In this document: positions 41,457-51,542 of the stretch, in pieces
Position numbering within the stretch: position 1 is the first letter of the stretch
How the letters are laid out: each line of letters opens with the position of its first letter
DNA from: Candidatus Eiseniibacteriota bacterium
GTDB lineage: Bacteria > Eisenbacteria > RBG-16-71-46 > CAVPCR01
Assembly (NCBI GenBank): GCA_963823555.1
Contig: CAWGMA010000001.1
Coordinates: 1,408,001 to 1,472,000, forward strand
Direction: 5' to 3'
Length of the DNA stretch: 64,000 bases
Position numbers and translations under genes: made by a program
The notes under the pieces: model-generated
The model's input: the letters and a program-made list of their open reading frames with translations, nothing else
The model's database searches: none
Told to the model about the DNA's origin: nothing

Positions 41457-42896
41457 CTATTCGCCGATCAGGTTGCGAGCGTCGAAGATGAGATCGATGC
41501 GCCGGTTCAAGGCCCGGCCCGCCTCCGTGTCGTTGGTGGCGATCGGGACCTCCTCCCCCTTCCCCACCGTGGACACCAGGCGATCGGAGAGTTCCATGTT
41601 GGCTTCGAGGTAGTGGCGCACGGCTTCGGCACGCTCCCGGGAGAGGATGAGGTTCTTGGTCTCGTCCCCCTTGGAGTCGGTATGTCCCTCGATGGTGACC
41701 CCCGCGCCCGGGAGCTCGCGCATGGCTCGCATCACCTTGCTGAGGAGGGGAAAGCTCTCGGGGAGGATCTCGCTCTTGCCGGGGGCGAAGTGGACTTGCA
41801 TGAGGCGCAAGGTGAGCTGGCCCCGCTCTCTGAGGAGGATCGCCTCCTCGGACGTGAACAGATCGCCGACCCGCTCGAGGCGCTGCTCGCGCTCACGCTG
41901 GACCGCGAGCTCGGCGCTGAGCCCCCTTCCCTTGGCCCTGAGGGCTTCGATCTCGGCCTGGGCCAGGTTCAGATCGCGGGCCAGCTCCTGGCGCTCGAGC
42001 TTCAACGCCACGATGCCGCGCCTGATTCGCTCGCCGGTTGCCGCGAGCCCGGCGCTGAAGTCCGCCTCCTGCCCGAGGAGCGAGGCGATCGCTTCGAGTT
42101 CGTGTTCGGCCGACAGGACGAGTGTCTCATAGGCGGCCTTGTCCTCTCCGCTGCGCGCGGCCGTTCCGGCGATGGTCAGGGCCCGTGACGCATCCTTCTC
42201 CGCCTTCATGGCCAGCTCGACGGCTTCCTTACGTCGTCTGCGGTCGATGTCGAGCTCGTGTTCGGCCGCCGCGAGGGCTTCCTGGGCCCGGGCCAGGCTG
42301 ACGGGCGCCCACACCTCGGCCTCAGCCGCCAGCGCCGCGTCGATCCGTTCTCTGGCGGGGCCAAGCGTGTCCGTCTTGATGGCGGTGAGTTCCGCTTCGC
42401 GGAACCGTCGCTCGGCGTCCGCCGCCTTGATGCGTGCTTCCTGCGGGTCCTGTGTAGCCCGTTCCGCAGCTTCACGGAAGTCTCGCTCGGCTCTCTCGAA
42501 GGACTCTGCGGCGTGCATGGCGGCATCGGCGGCTCTGGCTGCGTCGTAGGCCTCGAGTGCCGGAGCAAGGAGGCGGCGGTTGGCCTCGGCCGTGAGCGTC
42601 GCCTCGGCAAGCAAGCTGGACGCGCGCTCGAGTTGCCTGGCTTGATCCTCCGCCCTGGCGCCGCGGCTCACCAGCGATCGCGCCGCCTCGACCTCGCGCT
42701 CGGCTGCCGCGTACTCGCGGGGCGCCAGGAGGTCGGCGCGGGCTTCCGTCGCGCGCGCGAAGGATGCCTCGACGGAGCCAAGTGTGGCAGGCGGCGCCTC
42801 GGCGCCCCTGGCAGGGAGCGGATCGTAGCTCTGGGCTGCTGCTCCGAGGAGAAGCGCCAGGACGAGGCGAGCGATGCTTCGCGCCTCCCCGGCCAT
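41457..42896 (-). CDS. OmpA-family peptidoglycan-binding protein with long helical N-terminal repeats
   Basis: Signal peptide. F.PGKSEI, IEGHTDSKG, NLILSRERAEAV, GRALNRRID. Confidence 0.9.
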   Translation of the reverse strand: MAGEARSIARLVLALLLGAAAQSYDPLPARGAEAPPATLGSVEASFARATEARADLLAPREYAAAEREVEAARSLVSRGARAEDQARQLERASSLLAEATLTAEANRRLLAPALEAYDAARAADAAMHAAESFERAERDFREAAERATQDPQEARIKAADAERRFREAELTAIKTDTLGPARERIDAALAAEAEVWAPVSLARAQEALAAAEHELDIDRRRRKEAVELAMKAEKDASRALTIAGTAARSGEDKAAYETLVLSAEHELEAIASLLGQEADFSAGLAATGERIRRGIVALKLERQELARDLNLAQAEIEALRAKGRGLSAELAVQREREQRLERVGDLFTSEEAILLRERGQLTLRLMQVHFAPGKSEILPESFPLLSKVMRAMRELPGAGVTIEGHTDSKGDETKNLILSRERAEAVRHYLEANMELSDRLVSTVGKGEEVPIATNDTEAGRALNRRIDLIFDARNLIGE

Positions 42897-43072
42897 CAAT
42901 AACCTGACAGGAGGTCGTCGAGGATGCCCCAGATCATGACCGCGACAAGGAAGACGAACAAGGCGATGGGGAGAAGAAGCAGGAGCTTGCGGGTGATGCC
43001 CCGAGGCGGCTTCGGCTTGACCTCGTCGTCCGGCCTGGGCCCGCGGCTGGGAACCGAATTCTGGTTGCTCAT
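42896..43072 (-). CDS. 58-aa single-pass membrane protein (not in the ORF track)
   Basis: MSNQNSVPSRGPRPDDEVKPKPPRGITRKLLLLLPIALFVFLVAVMIWGILDDLLSGY*. GC3-rich codons, TGATG overlap with ompA, promoter just upstream. Confidence 0.7.
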   Translation of the reverse strand: MSNQNSVPSRGPRPDDEVKPKPPRGITRKLLLLLPIALFVFLVAVMIWGILDDLLSGY

Positions 43073-43081
43073 GGCGCCGCC

Positions 43082-43110
43082 AAGCTATTACAGGGCCCGG
43101 GCCTGGTCAA
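43082..43110 (-). promoter_or_regulatory. putative sigma70 promoter for the small protein-ompA pair
   Basis: TTGACC-N17-TAGCTT, ending about 10 nt before ATG 43072. Confidence 0.5.
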
Positions 43111-43119
43111 CTGGCTTGT

Positions 43120-46100
43120 CTAGCGGCGGCGCCACAGAACGTCCAGGGTCGTTTGCCCATCCGCGCTGGCGCCCACCTCGATCTGGATCTGCGGCAGGAG
43201 CCAGTACTCGATGACGACTCCACCGATCCCGCCGCTCCCCAGCTCCTGGTAGACACGGACCAGGGCCTGGCTGCTCAGGTACTTGCCGACGGTCACGCGC
43301 TCGTGCGCACCGGAGGTCTCGATCTGCGCCACGTCGAGTCCGAGCTGGGATCCAACGGCGTCGGCCACGGTAGCCGCAGTCATCATGGTCGCGATCTGCC
43401 CGGCCCGGTCGCCGACCATGGTCCGCTCGTCCAAGCTGAGCTCGCTCGAGTCTTTGCCGAACAGGAGGAGCGAGATGATATCGGCCTCCGGCAGCGGCGG
43501 CTCACTCGAGAGCTCGAAGGTCGGCGCCCGCGCGGTACCGAGCAGGCTCAAGATGACCCGTGTGTCCGACACCTGGATTTCAGCCTCGACATCGAGTGCG
43601 GGATTGATCTGGGTCGTGCCGTAGAAGGTCACCTCCCCCTGGGTCACCGTGAACACGCGATCGACGAAGCGAACGGTCCCGCGCTTGCTTTCCAGCTGGC
43701 CCAGGAGCCGGAGCCCCTCCTCGCTGGTGACGAGTTCGAGATCACCTGAGATCTCGACGGCGATCTGCTTGTTGCGTAGCCAGATACGCCGTGGCATCTG
43801 GATCCGGATGTCGAGATCGAAGGGCAGCTGGCGGGTCGTGCGTGGCCGCGATTCGCGGCTGTCCGAGAGACCAGCCTCGTCGTCATCGACGGCAATGAGC
43901 TTCTGCCGCCGCCGTTCCGGAACCGGGATCTCCGCTTCATCGACCAGCAGGGAGCCCTCGATCCGCGGCCGGAATACGGTCCCGCTGACAGCGAGGTTCA
44001 CGGCCCCGGTGGCCTTGAGACCGTCAGCCGTGCGGAGGTTGAGCCCGTCGGCCTGGATGTCGAGAGCGACGGTCTCTCCGGTGGCCCGGGGCATGGGTAA
44101 TGCTCCGGAGATTGCGACCCGCCCCCCAGCGGTGCGCCCACCTGCCGAGACGACTCTGAGCAGGCGCTCATCGAATGCAGCATCCAGGTGAAGATCCCTG
44201 AATCGGAGGTTGATCGGTCTGATGTCCAGCGACCCGCGGACCAGGGACAGGGCGCCCACCCACGTAGGGGCGGCAAAGGTCCCCCCCACCTTTGCATCCA
44301 GGTCGACGATTCCGTGAAGATCCACCGCCGCCGGCACGTATCGATGGAGAGCGGAAAGATCGAGTGCCGCCACCAACAAGTCCCCAGTGAGCGGGCCGTC
44401 GCGGACGATGCTCAGACGTTGCTCGCGGAGATCCACACTCAGAGGGATCTCGATGCTGGCGCGGGCGGGTCCTGATCCGCTCACATCGAGCCGGCCATCG
44501 AGCGCGAGGCGCCCGCCGCCGAGAGTCAAGTCGAGGTCACCCGAGGTGAGCGGAAATCGGGGCTCGGGAGGAAGAACGAATCGGAGATCCATGCGGCCAC
44601 TGGGCTGATCGAGAGTTCCGCCGAAGGTACCGGCTAGCGTGATGGCGCTCGCGGCGAGCGTTGCCGGGAACCGTGGCCGGTCCGAAGCGAGGTAGATCCC
44701 GAGCGAGTCCGCGTGCGCGGAGGAGGTTACGGTCAGTGGACCCTCCCCGGCGCGCACGCGCAGCTTCGCTCCGTCGACCGTGATCGGAAGGGAGAACGCC
44801 ACCCCGAGCGAGTCGAGATCGTCGCCCTCGAGCGCGAACGTGCCGGCGAGTTCTCGCGGGTCGAGCCGCGCCTGCAACGTGGCGCTCAGGGGTGGAGCGG
44901 AGGCAGAGAGCGTTCCGGGCCAGCGCAGATCGCGGGCTTCGAGGTCGATCCGGCCCGTAGCCTGGTCCGGGCCCATTTCGGCCTCGAGCTCGCCCGCGAA
45001 GACGCCCTCGATCACAGCCAGCGGACCCGAGTCCGGCCACACGGGCTGGAGGAGTGAGCGCAACGCCGAGACGTCGGCTTGCTGGAACGTGAGCGTTCCC
45101 GTGGTGCGTTGCAGATGACGGGAACCGGATCCGGAGATGGTCGCGCCTGCCAGGACGAGCGAGAGCGCATCGATGGCGAGATCGGGACCATGCCGGCGGA
45201 TCTCGAGCGGAGCGGTCAGTCTGGCGGCATCCCCCAGGCTGAACGCGGAGATCTGGATCGCGCTGGTCCCTTCGGGCTCGCGTGTCGCCTGGAGCCCAGC
45301 ATGCAGGGGCCGCGGCCCGCCAGCCAGGACCGAGAGGAAAGCCCCCCTGGCGTCGAGAACGATGTCCGTGTGCCCGCCGTCCAAGCTGACCGCGGCATCG
45401 ACGTCGGCCAGCCGCACCGCGTCACCCGCGAACAGGGAATCGGCCGTGAGCGTGGTCCGACCGGCGAGTACGCCGTCGTTCCGAGTGAGTTCGATGTCCC
45501 CGCGAACTCCAGCGAGGGTCACGCGATCCGCGTAGCGCAGATCGCGCGCCGCGACCTGTCCGTCTACCTGAAGCGCATTCGAGTACCCGCGGATCGTGAT
45601 CTGGGCCGAGCAGTCACCGTGCAAGTCCTGGCCGGTGAGATCCCGCCACCGCGCGAGGTCGCCCACCCTGACCTCGAAATCTCCATCCAGGCGCTGGCCC
45701 CGGCCGATCTCGAGGTGACCGACCACGCGGTCCGCCATGGACTCGAGCGCGACATCGTCGATCACGACCCCCTGGCGTGAGATACCGATGACCAGGTGTC
45801 CGCGCTCGAGGGCTTGGCCTTCAAGCTCGCTCTGGCGAAGATCGAGGTCGATCCGAGCGCGCGTGGGGATCCGACCTCCCGGGCCCGTGGTGAGACTGAT
45901 CGCGCCGGAGCCTGCAAGCCGTCCTGATGGCGCGCGAGGATGAAAGCGGGAGGGATCGAGGCCGGAGAAGTCGAGGCGCAGACGACTGGTGGCCCGCTCG
46001 CCGAGCAGGAGCGGTCCTGCGATCCGGATGTCGCCGCCGACACCGGCCAGGGCGAGGCGGGTATCGACGCGGCCGCGGCCCGAGCGCAGAACATCGGTGT

Positions 46101-46974
46101 CGCCCTTGGCCGAGGCCTCCAGTCCGAACGGCGACCACGGCGATAGCGCCCGGTGCAGCCGCGACAGGTGGCCGGCGGGAATCTCCCGGGCTCGGATCTC
46201 GAGAGAGAAGGTCTCGTCATCGAGCGCGAGCCCGATCGCGAGTGGTACTCCCCCCCAGCGCAGCGCCGACACGGTGAGCTCTCCATTCAGCGGTGGCCCG
46301 GAATCGAGCCCGAGGGTTGCCCTGTCGATCGCAATCGCTGGCCCGACCCAGACGCCTGCGAGTTCGTCGACCTGGACCTCGCCCCGGAACGGAGCGCCGA
46401 GAGCGACCGCGACGCTGGCCACCACGGCGAGCGAATCGAGAACCGTGGGGGATGCTCCTTCACGGCCCGACAGCTGGAAACGCCCTCTCCTGAGCTCGAG
46501 GTGGTGAACGGTGAGCCGCCAGGGCGTTCCCTCCCTCTCCTCGGCCCTCGTGGTATCAGGATGCCCGAAGCGCGGCCAGTCGAGGGTGCCGCTCGCATCC
46601 CTTCCCACGGCCACGTCGGGGCCGTCGATCTCGAGAGACCGGACCCGAACCTCGCGGTGCATGAGAGCTAGCGGCTGCAGCGCGACCTGAACCGCGTCGA
46701 GGCGAAGGAAGGGGACCGGGCCTCCGCCCGGGCTTCCGACCTCTACGGCATGCAAGCCGAGATGCAGGGGCCAGTGAAACTCGAGGGCTCCGATCTCGAT
46801 GGGCAAGCCGAGTTCGCTGCTGAGGCGTATCTCCAGCTCGTCGGCCAGGCGCGTTCTTCCCCGGTCCGAGCCCAGGACGACGCCGAGGATGACGAGAACG
46901 AGCACGAGGACTCCGCCCCCGATGGCGGCCAGGATCTCGATGCCGTTGACGATGCCGCGCCACACCTGCCGCAT
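43120..46974 (-). CDS. tamB: translocation/assembly module TamB
   Basis: N-terminal TM anchor, long beta-rich body, C-terminal DUF490-like region (NPALDV.A, LSSEPPL.EADIISLLLFG, VGKYLS). Confidence 0.88.
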   Translation of the reverse strand: MRQVWRGIVNGIEILAAIGGGVLVLVLVILGVVLGSDRGRTRLADELEIRLSSELGLPIEIGALEFHWPLHLGLHAVEVGSPGGGPVPFLRLDAVQVALQPLALMHREVRVRSLEIDGPDVAVGRDASGTLDWPRFGHPDTTRAEEREGTPWRLTVHHLELRRGRFQLSGREGASPTVLDSLAVVASVAVALGAPFRGEVQVDELAGVWVGPAIAIDRATLGLDSGPPLNGELTVSALRWGGVPLAIGLALDDETFSLEIRAREIPAGHLSRLHRALSPWSPFGLEASAKGDTDVLRSGRGRVDTRLALAGVGGDIRIAGPLLLGERATSRLRLDFSGLDPSRFHPRAPSGRLAGSGAISLTTGPGGRIPTRARIDLDLRQSELEGQALERGHLVIGISRQGVVIDDVALESMADRVVGHLEIGRGQRLDGDFEVRVGDLARWRDLTGQDLHGDCSAQITIRGYSNALQVDGQVAARDLRYADRVTLAGVRGDIELTRNDGVLAGRTTLTADSLFAGDAVRLADVDAAVSLDGGHTDIVLDARGAFLSVLAGGPRPLHAGLQATREPEGTSAIQISAFSLGDAARLTAPLEIRRHGPDLAIDALSLVLAGATISGSGSRHLQRTTGTLTFQQADVSALRSLLQPVWPDSGPLAVIEGVFAGELEAEMGPDQATGRIDLEARDLRWPGTLSASAPPLSATLQARLDPRELAGTFALEGDDLDSLGVAFSLPITVDGAKLRVRAGEGPLTVTSSAHADSLGIYLASDRPRFPATLAASAITLAGTFGGTLDQPSGRMDLRFVLPPEPRFPLTSGDLDLTLGGGRLALDGRLDVSGSGPARASIEIPLSVDLREQRLSIVRDGPLTGDLLVAALDLSALHRYVPAAVDLHGIVDLDAKVGGTFAAPTWVGALSLVRGSLDIRPINLRFRDLHLDAAFDERLLRVVSAGGRTAGGRVAISGALPMPRATGETVALDIQADGLNLRTADGLKATGAVNLAVSGTVFRPRIEGSLLVDEAEIPVPERRRQKLIAVDDDEAGLSDSRESRPRTTRQLPFDLDIRIQMPRRIWLRNKQIAVEISGDLELVTSEEGLRLLGQLESKRGTVRFVDRVFTVTQGEVTFYGTTQINPALDVEAEIQVSDTRVILSLLGTARAPTFELSSEPPLPEADIISLLLFGKDSSELSLDERTMVGDRAGQIATMMTAATVADAVGSQLGLDVAQIETSGAHERVTVGKYLSSQALVRVYQELGSGGIGGVVIEYWLLPQIQIEVGASADGQTTLDVLWRRR

Positions 46975-48857
46975 CAGAAGGCCTCACCCACGGCAAAGTG
47001 AAGGGCATAGGGATCGAGGAGCGAGGAGTAGTTCCCGAGCTTCCAGCCGATATCAAAGCGCAGCGGTCCGATCGGAGTGCCGAGGCGGAGGCCCGCGCCG
47101 ATCCCGGGGGCCATGGATATCGTTCCGATGTCTCGCCATTTCTCCCAGACCTGCCCTACCTCTCCGAACACCGCCCCGAAGATGCGGCCGCCGATGGGCA
47201 GCCGCAGTTCGGCGGTCAGCTCCACCACCGCTTCGCCTCCGATCCCGTACCCCTCGGCGTCGAGAGGTCCCAGGGTACGCCGCGCGTAGGAGCGCATCCC
47301 TACCGCTCCCCCACCGTATTGCCGGGCCCAAACTGGCAGCGTGGCCGTCTCGCCCGCAGGGAGTCCGAAACCCGTACGCACCTGAAGGGCCAGGATGCGC
47401 TTCGCACCCAGCGTCCTGTAGCGCGTGGCGAAGAGCTCGGCAAAGCCGTAGCTGTAATCCGAGTTCAGGGCGGACGTGGCGCCGCGGAGATTGACCGCGA
47501 TCTTGTTTCCCAGCGTGGGAGCGAGCGGCAGGTCGGTCGAGTCGTGGAGGAGTGCGGTCTGCCATTCGGTCAGGCGCGAAGGTCCTTCCTCGGGGGTGTC
47601 GCTCCCTTCGACCTTGACCGTCAGGTCGTTGCGGCTGATCTCGACGCCGATGGCGAAGTCCAGGTGCTGGCCCACGTGGCGGAGTCCGCGCAATCGACCG
47701 CCGAAGCTCCTCAGGTCATAGTTGTTCTCGGTCTCCAGCTGTTGCTGGAGGGTGGCTTCGAGGTCGAACGGACTCCGGAGGAACCGCGGCTGGAGGACAC
47801 CAATGCGACCCCCGAGGAGCAGGGAGGAGTAGTTGGCGTCGATGGTGAGCCGCCGCGCCCCGCCGAGAAAGCTGCGATTGAGCCAGGACAGACGCAGGCG
47901 CAGGTGCTCTTCGCTCGAATAGCCCCCACCGACGGCGAACGAGCGCTTGGCCCTGGCGCCGAGGCCGATCGAGACATCCACGGAATCCACGGCGACCGAG
48001 TCGGCTCGCACCTCGATCTGCTGGAAGACGGCGAGCTGCTGGATTTTGCGCCGGGCCTCCTCGACGCTCTTGGGGCGGTAGATGGTTCCGGGCTCGAGCT
48101 CGGTCTCGTCCAGGACGAGCCACTGGGGCGTGTCGGCGAGGCCGCGCTCGCCGACGGGTTCGATCACGACATCACGCAGGTAGTAACGCGCCCCCGATTG
48201 CACATCGAAGACGATGCGGGCGCTGTCGGTGATGGCCTGCGCGGCAGTCACCGTCGCTTTCCAGTAGCCGCCATCCGCAAGCACGGAAACGAGCCGCGCC
48301 TGGCTGGCATCCAGCTTTTCGAGATCGAGCCGCTGTCCGCGCTCGAGGGGGAGGTCGGTGCGAACCTCTGTAGCCGATGGAGAGACGAGCGGCCACCCCG
48401 TGATCTCGATGGCGGCGACGATGAGAGGACGGCCCTCATCGATCTTGAACTCGACGTGAGCGTCGCCGGCGATGGTGAAGGCCCGCGCCCGGACCCGCGT
48501 ACCGGGAAAGCCGCGGCGCTGGTAATGGATCTCGAGCCGGCGCCGATCGCGGGCGAACTCGCGCGGCAAGAGGGTCTCCAGGCGACCGAAGGGCCGCTTG
48601 GAACTCTCCTCCGTGTAGACATTCTGCCCGAGCTCGGCGTTCGACAGGCTTTCATTGCCCAGGAAACGAACGCTTCGTACCGTTGTGCCGGCGAGGGCGC
48701 CGAGAGCGGCCAGCGAGTCGTCGGGCGTGGCTCCGGTGACCAGGGTGGCCACCGGCTGGGCGCGCGCCGCCGCGAGGTGGAAGAGCCCTCCCCCCGCGAC
48801 GAGCAGCGAGAACAGGATCAGCAGGCGGATGCGAAGTCCGCCTCTAGGTTCCCCCAT
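46974..48857 (-). CDS. tamA: Omp85-family outer membrane protein (TamA-like)
   Basis: POTRA-like repeats, GGAVGMRSY, G.GLRLGTPIGPLRFDIG, terminal GEAF. Adjacent to tamB. Confidence 0.85.
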   Translation of the reverse strand: MGEPRGGLRIRLLILFSLLVAGGGLFHLAAARAQPVATLVTGATPDDSLAALGALAGTTVRSVRFLGNESLSNAELGQNVYTEESSKRPFGRLETLLPREFARDRRRLEIHYQRRGFPGTRVRARAFTIAGDAHVEFKIDEGRPLIVAAIEITGWPLVSPSATEVRTDLPLERGQRLDLEKLDASQARLVSVLADGGYWKATVTAAQAITDSARIVFDVQSGARYYLRDVVIEPVGERGLADTPQWLVLDETELEPGTIYRPKSVEEARRKIQQLAVFQQIEVRADSVAVDSVDVSIGLGARAKRSFAVGGGYSSEEHLRLRLSWLNRSFLGGARRLTIDANYSSLLLGGRIGVLQPRFLRSPFDLEATLQQQLETENNYDLRSFGGRLRGLRHVGQHLDFAIGVEISRNDLTVKVEGSDTPEEGPSRLTEWQTALLHDSTDLPLAPTLGNKIAVNLRGATSALNSDYSYGFAELFATRYRTLGAKRILALQVRTGFGLPAGETATLPVWARQYGGGAVGMRSYARRTLGPLDAEGYGIGGEAVVELTAELRLPIGGRIFGAVFGEVGQVWEKWRDIGTISMAPGIGAGLRLGTPIGPLRFDIGWKLGNYSSLLDPYALHFAVGEAF

Positions 48858-50451
48858 GGGTCAAAAGATAGGCGAGCGTGGGCACCGGAGAACCCACTGG
48901 ACCGTCCATGGCGGTGTAGGCGATGTCGAGATGGATCCAGGGCACCTTCTCATCGATCGCATAGGCCAGGTAGCCGCCGCCCTTGGCGGTCCCGGCACCG
49001 AACTTCTGGTCGCCATCGTTGTTGAGATCGGCGATCTTGGACAACATGACCTCATTGAAGTTCTTCTCGTAGTCCGCTGCCAGGAACTCCGCATTGGGCA
49101 GGTCGTGGGACAGGGGGAGGACCCAGGCCTTCTCCCCGGCTCGCCGCGCCGCTTCGAGCAACCTCTTGCGGTCCTCGACTCCCTTCTTGTTCGACATGAC
49201 CCCGATGGTATCCGGTCCCAGGGCGATCTTGACCGCTCCGGTCAGCGTCGCGGCATCGATGACCAGGTCCGGTTGATGGATCTCCCGCGCGTAGACCAGC
49301 TGATCGTAGAGGATGATGCGACCCTCGGCATCGGTGTGACCGACCAGAGTCGTACGTCCGTCGCGATGCGTGATGATCTCGTCGGTCTTGTAGGCGTGTG
49401 GGCCGTCCATGTTCTCGGCAGCACCCGCCAGGCCGATGACCTTGGCACGCGGCGCCAGGTGGTCGACAAGCCCCATGAGTGCCACCACGGCGGCTGCTCC
49501 CGCCATGTCGCGGTTCATCTGGCTCATCATCGAGCCCTTGTCCTGGAGCCCACCGCAGTCGTAGGTGATCCCCTTGCCAACTACAACTATTGTACGTTCG
49601 GGCTTTTCGGCTGGCTCGTACGTCCATTCGATCTGGGTGACCGGATGGGCGGAGCCGCGCCCCACGGCGAGCAGCCCGGCCAGACGCTCGCGCTTGATCT
49701 TCTCCTCGGACCAGCGCTCGAAGCGTATCCGCTTGAGCCCTTGCGCTCGTCGCTCGGCCTCGGCGGCGAGGGTCCTCGGGTTCAACCGGTCTGGAGGCTC
49801 GAAGGTGAGTCCCTTGGCGAGACACGCCGCCTCGGCGATGGCCTGGGCGCGGGTGAGCACCCTTCCCATCTTGGCGGACGGCGCCGGAGCGCAGAACAGA
49901 TGGATCTCCTCCAGTCCGCGGCAGCGTTCGCGCGACTTGTACTTGGTCCACGCGAAATTGCCGTAGAGCAGGCCTTCCACGAAGGCGCCGGTGGCATCGT
50001 CATCGGCGAGAATACGGCTCGGCAGGATGACTCCGAGCTTGCGCACGTGCTTGCGTAGAGTGCGCGCCAGCTGATCGCCCTTGACCCGGAGCGTCGCGAT
50101 CGGCGCGTTGTCAGGGAGCGCCACCACCTTCAGGCGTCGCCTCCGCCCCGACCACGGGTAGAGGTACTCGCGGTCCCCGCTCTCCTCGTCGTCCTCCCGG
50201 TCCTCGCCATCGGCTCCCGGAGGAGGGCCGGGGCGGAAGCGATCGAGATCGCCTTGCACGAGCCCGGCCACGGCCCGGATCAGCTCGCCCTGGGAATCGC
50301 TCCCCATGAGATCGGTTCCGCCGAGGACGAGCGCCATGGCGTCCTGGTCTCCGAAGAAATCCCCGACTGTCCCGGGGCGGTCGGCCATCACGCGGACGGC
50401 GGGCTGCCCGCTCGCTCCCAGCGCCAGCTTCTCGAAGTCATTGCGTGGCAT
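48844..50451 (-). CDS. pepA: M17 leucyl aminopeptidase
   Basis: VGKGITYDCGG..DK, DMAGAA, AENM, HTDAEGR, ATLTGA, WIHLDIA. Confidence 0.88.
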   Translation of the reverse strand: MPRNDFEKLALGASGQPAVRVMADRPGTVGDFFGDQDAMALVLGGTDLMGSDSQGELIRAVAGLVQGDLDRFRPGPPPGADGEDREDDEESGDREYLYPWSGRRRRLKVVALPDNAPIATLRVKGDQLARTLRKHVRKLGVILPSRILADDDATGAFVEGLLYGNFAWTKYKSRERCRGLEEIHLFCAPAPSAKMGRVLTRAQAIAEAACLAKGLTFEPPDRLNPRTLAAEAERRAQGLKRIRFERWSEEKIKRERLAGLLAVGRGSAHPVTQIEWTYEPAEKPERTIVVVGKGITYDCGGLQDKGSMMSQMNRDMAGAAAVVALMGLVDHLAPRAKVIGLAGAAENMDGPHAYKTDEIITHRDGRTTLVGHTDAEGRIILYDQLVYAREIHQPDLVIDAATLTGAVKIALGPDTIGVMSNKKGVEDRKRLLEAARRAGEKAWVLPLSHDLPNAEFLAADYEKNFNEVMLSKIADLNNDGDQKFGAGTAKGGGYLAYAIDEKVPWIHLDIAYTAMDGPVGSPVPTLAYLLTHGGT

Positions 50452-50579
50452 CGTCTGTGCCCCTGGTCGGTATGAGTGACGTGTGCGGTCTTCCAGCGGC
50501 CCCGGCTTGGCTCGCCCTGGTCGGCGGCGCAAGGCCGATCAGTCTAGCATGGAGGAGGCGGTCCCCCTATCCTCCCGCC

Positions 50580-51542
50580 ATGGCCAATACCCTCCCGGAG
50601 CGCCTCTCCGGAATGAGCGCCCCGCCCGGAAGAGCTGCCGCCATCGCCGCTCTGGGCGGTCAGACGCTGATCGCGGCCAGCACGTTCGTTATCGCCAAGC
50701 ATGCCCTGGCGGCCTTCCGGCCCCTCGAGCTGGCCGGCCTCCGGATGATCGGGGCGGCGATCCTCATGGGTGGTCTCGCCGCTATCTCGCGTCCCGGGAA
50801 GGTTCAGATCCGGACCTGGGGGAAGAAGCTCGCTTTGCTCGGTCTGGTCGGGGTGGCGGCGAACCAGATCTGCTTCCTGGTCGGGCTCGCCTACTCGACG
50901 CCGACGCATGCGGCCCTTCTCTATGCGCTGACTCCGGCCTTCGTCCACCTCCTGGCCCTGGCCTCCGGTGATGAGCGCCCCGACCGCCGGCTCGCACTCG
51001 GCATCCTGATTGCGATGTCCGGGGCGGCGATCGTCATTGCGAGCCGGAGCCCGGCAACGGCGATGCGCGCCACGTTGGGCGGGGACCTCCTCATTCTCGT
51101 GGGTGTCGTGTCCTGGGCCGTCTATTCGGCGCGGGCGCGGGCCGCGGTGCGGGAACTGGGAGCCCTTCGCTTCACGGCCTCCACGCTCGTGGTCGGCGCG
51201 GTGGCCGGCTTCCCCATCACCTTGCCCGCTCTGCGAGGGTTCGATCCGACCGCGATCCCGTTCGGCGCCTGGATGGGGCTTCTCTTTCTCATCGTCTTCA
51301 CATCAGGGATCGCCTACGCGCTCTGGACCTGGGCATTGCGCGGCCTCTCAGCGAGCCAGGTTGCCGTCTTCGCCAACGCCCAGCCGGTGGCGACGGCGCT
51401 CCTTTCCTACGCGGTCCTCGGCGAGGCGATCAGCGGCGCCCTCATGCTGGGCGGTGGCTTCGTGCTGCTTGGCGTCGCCCTCACCCAGATCCGAAACGGC
51501 GCGGCCGTCGCGGTCGAGCCTCGAGGAACACCGATCGAATGA
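50580..51542 (+). CDS. DMT/EamA-family transporter
   Basis: About 10 hydrophobic segments in two EamA repeats. Confidence 0.88.
   Translation: MANTLPERLSGMSAPPGRAAAIAALGGQTLIAASTFVIAKHALAAFRPLELAGLRMIGAAILMGGLAAISRPGKVQIRTWGKKLALLGLVGVAANQICFLVGLAYSTPTHAALLYALTPAFVHLLALASGDERPDRRLALGILIAMSGAAIVIASRSPATAMRATLGGDLLILVGVVSWAVYSARARAAVRELGALRFTASTLVVGAVAGFPITLPALRGFDPTAIPFGAWMGLLFLIVFTSGIAYALWTWALRGLSASQVAVFANAQPVATALLSYAVLGEAISGALMLGGGFVLLGVALTQIRNGAAVAVEPRGTPIE

Noticed and set aside
46998..50058. 675-aa and 467-aa plus-strand ORFs
   Set aside because: Antisense shadows of tamA and pepA.
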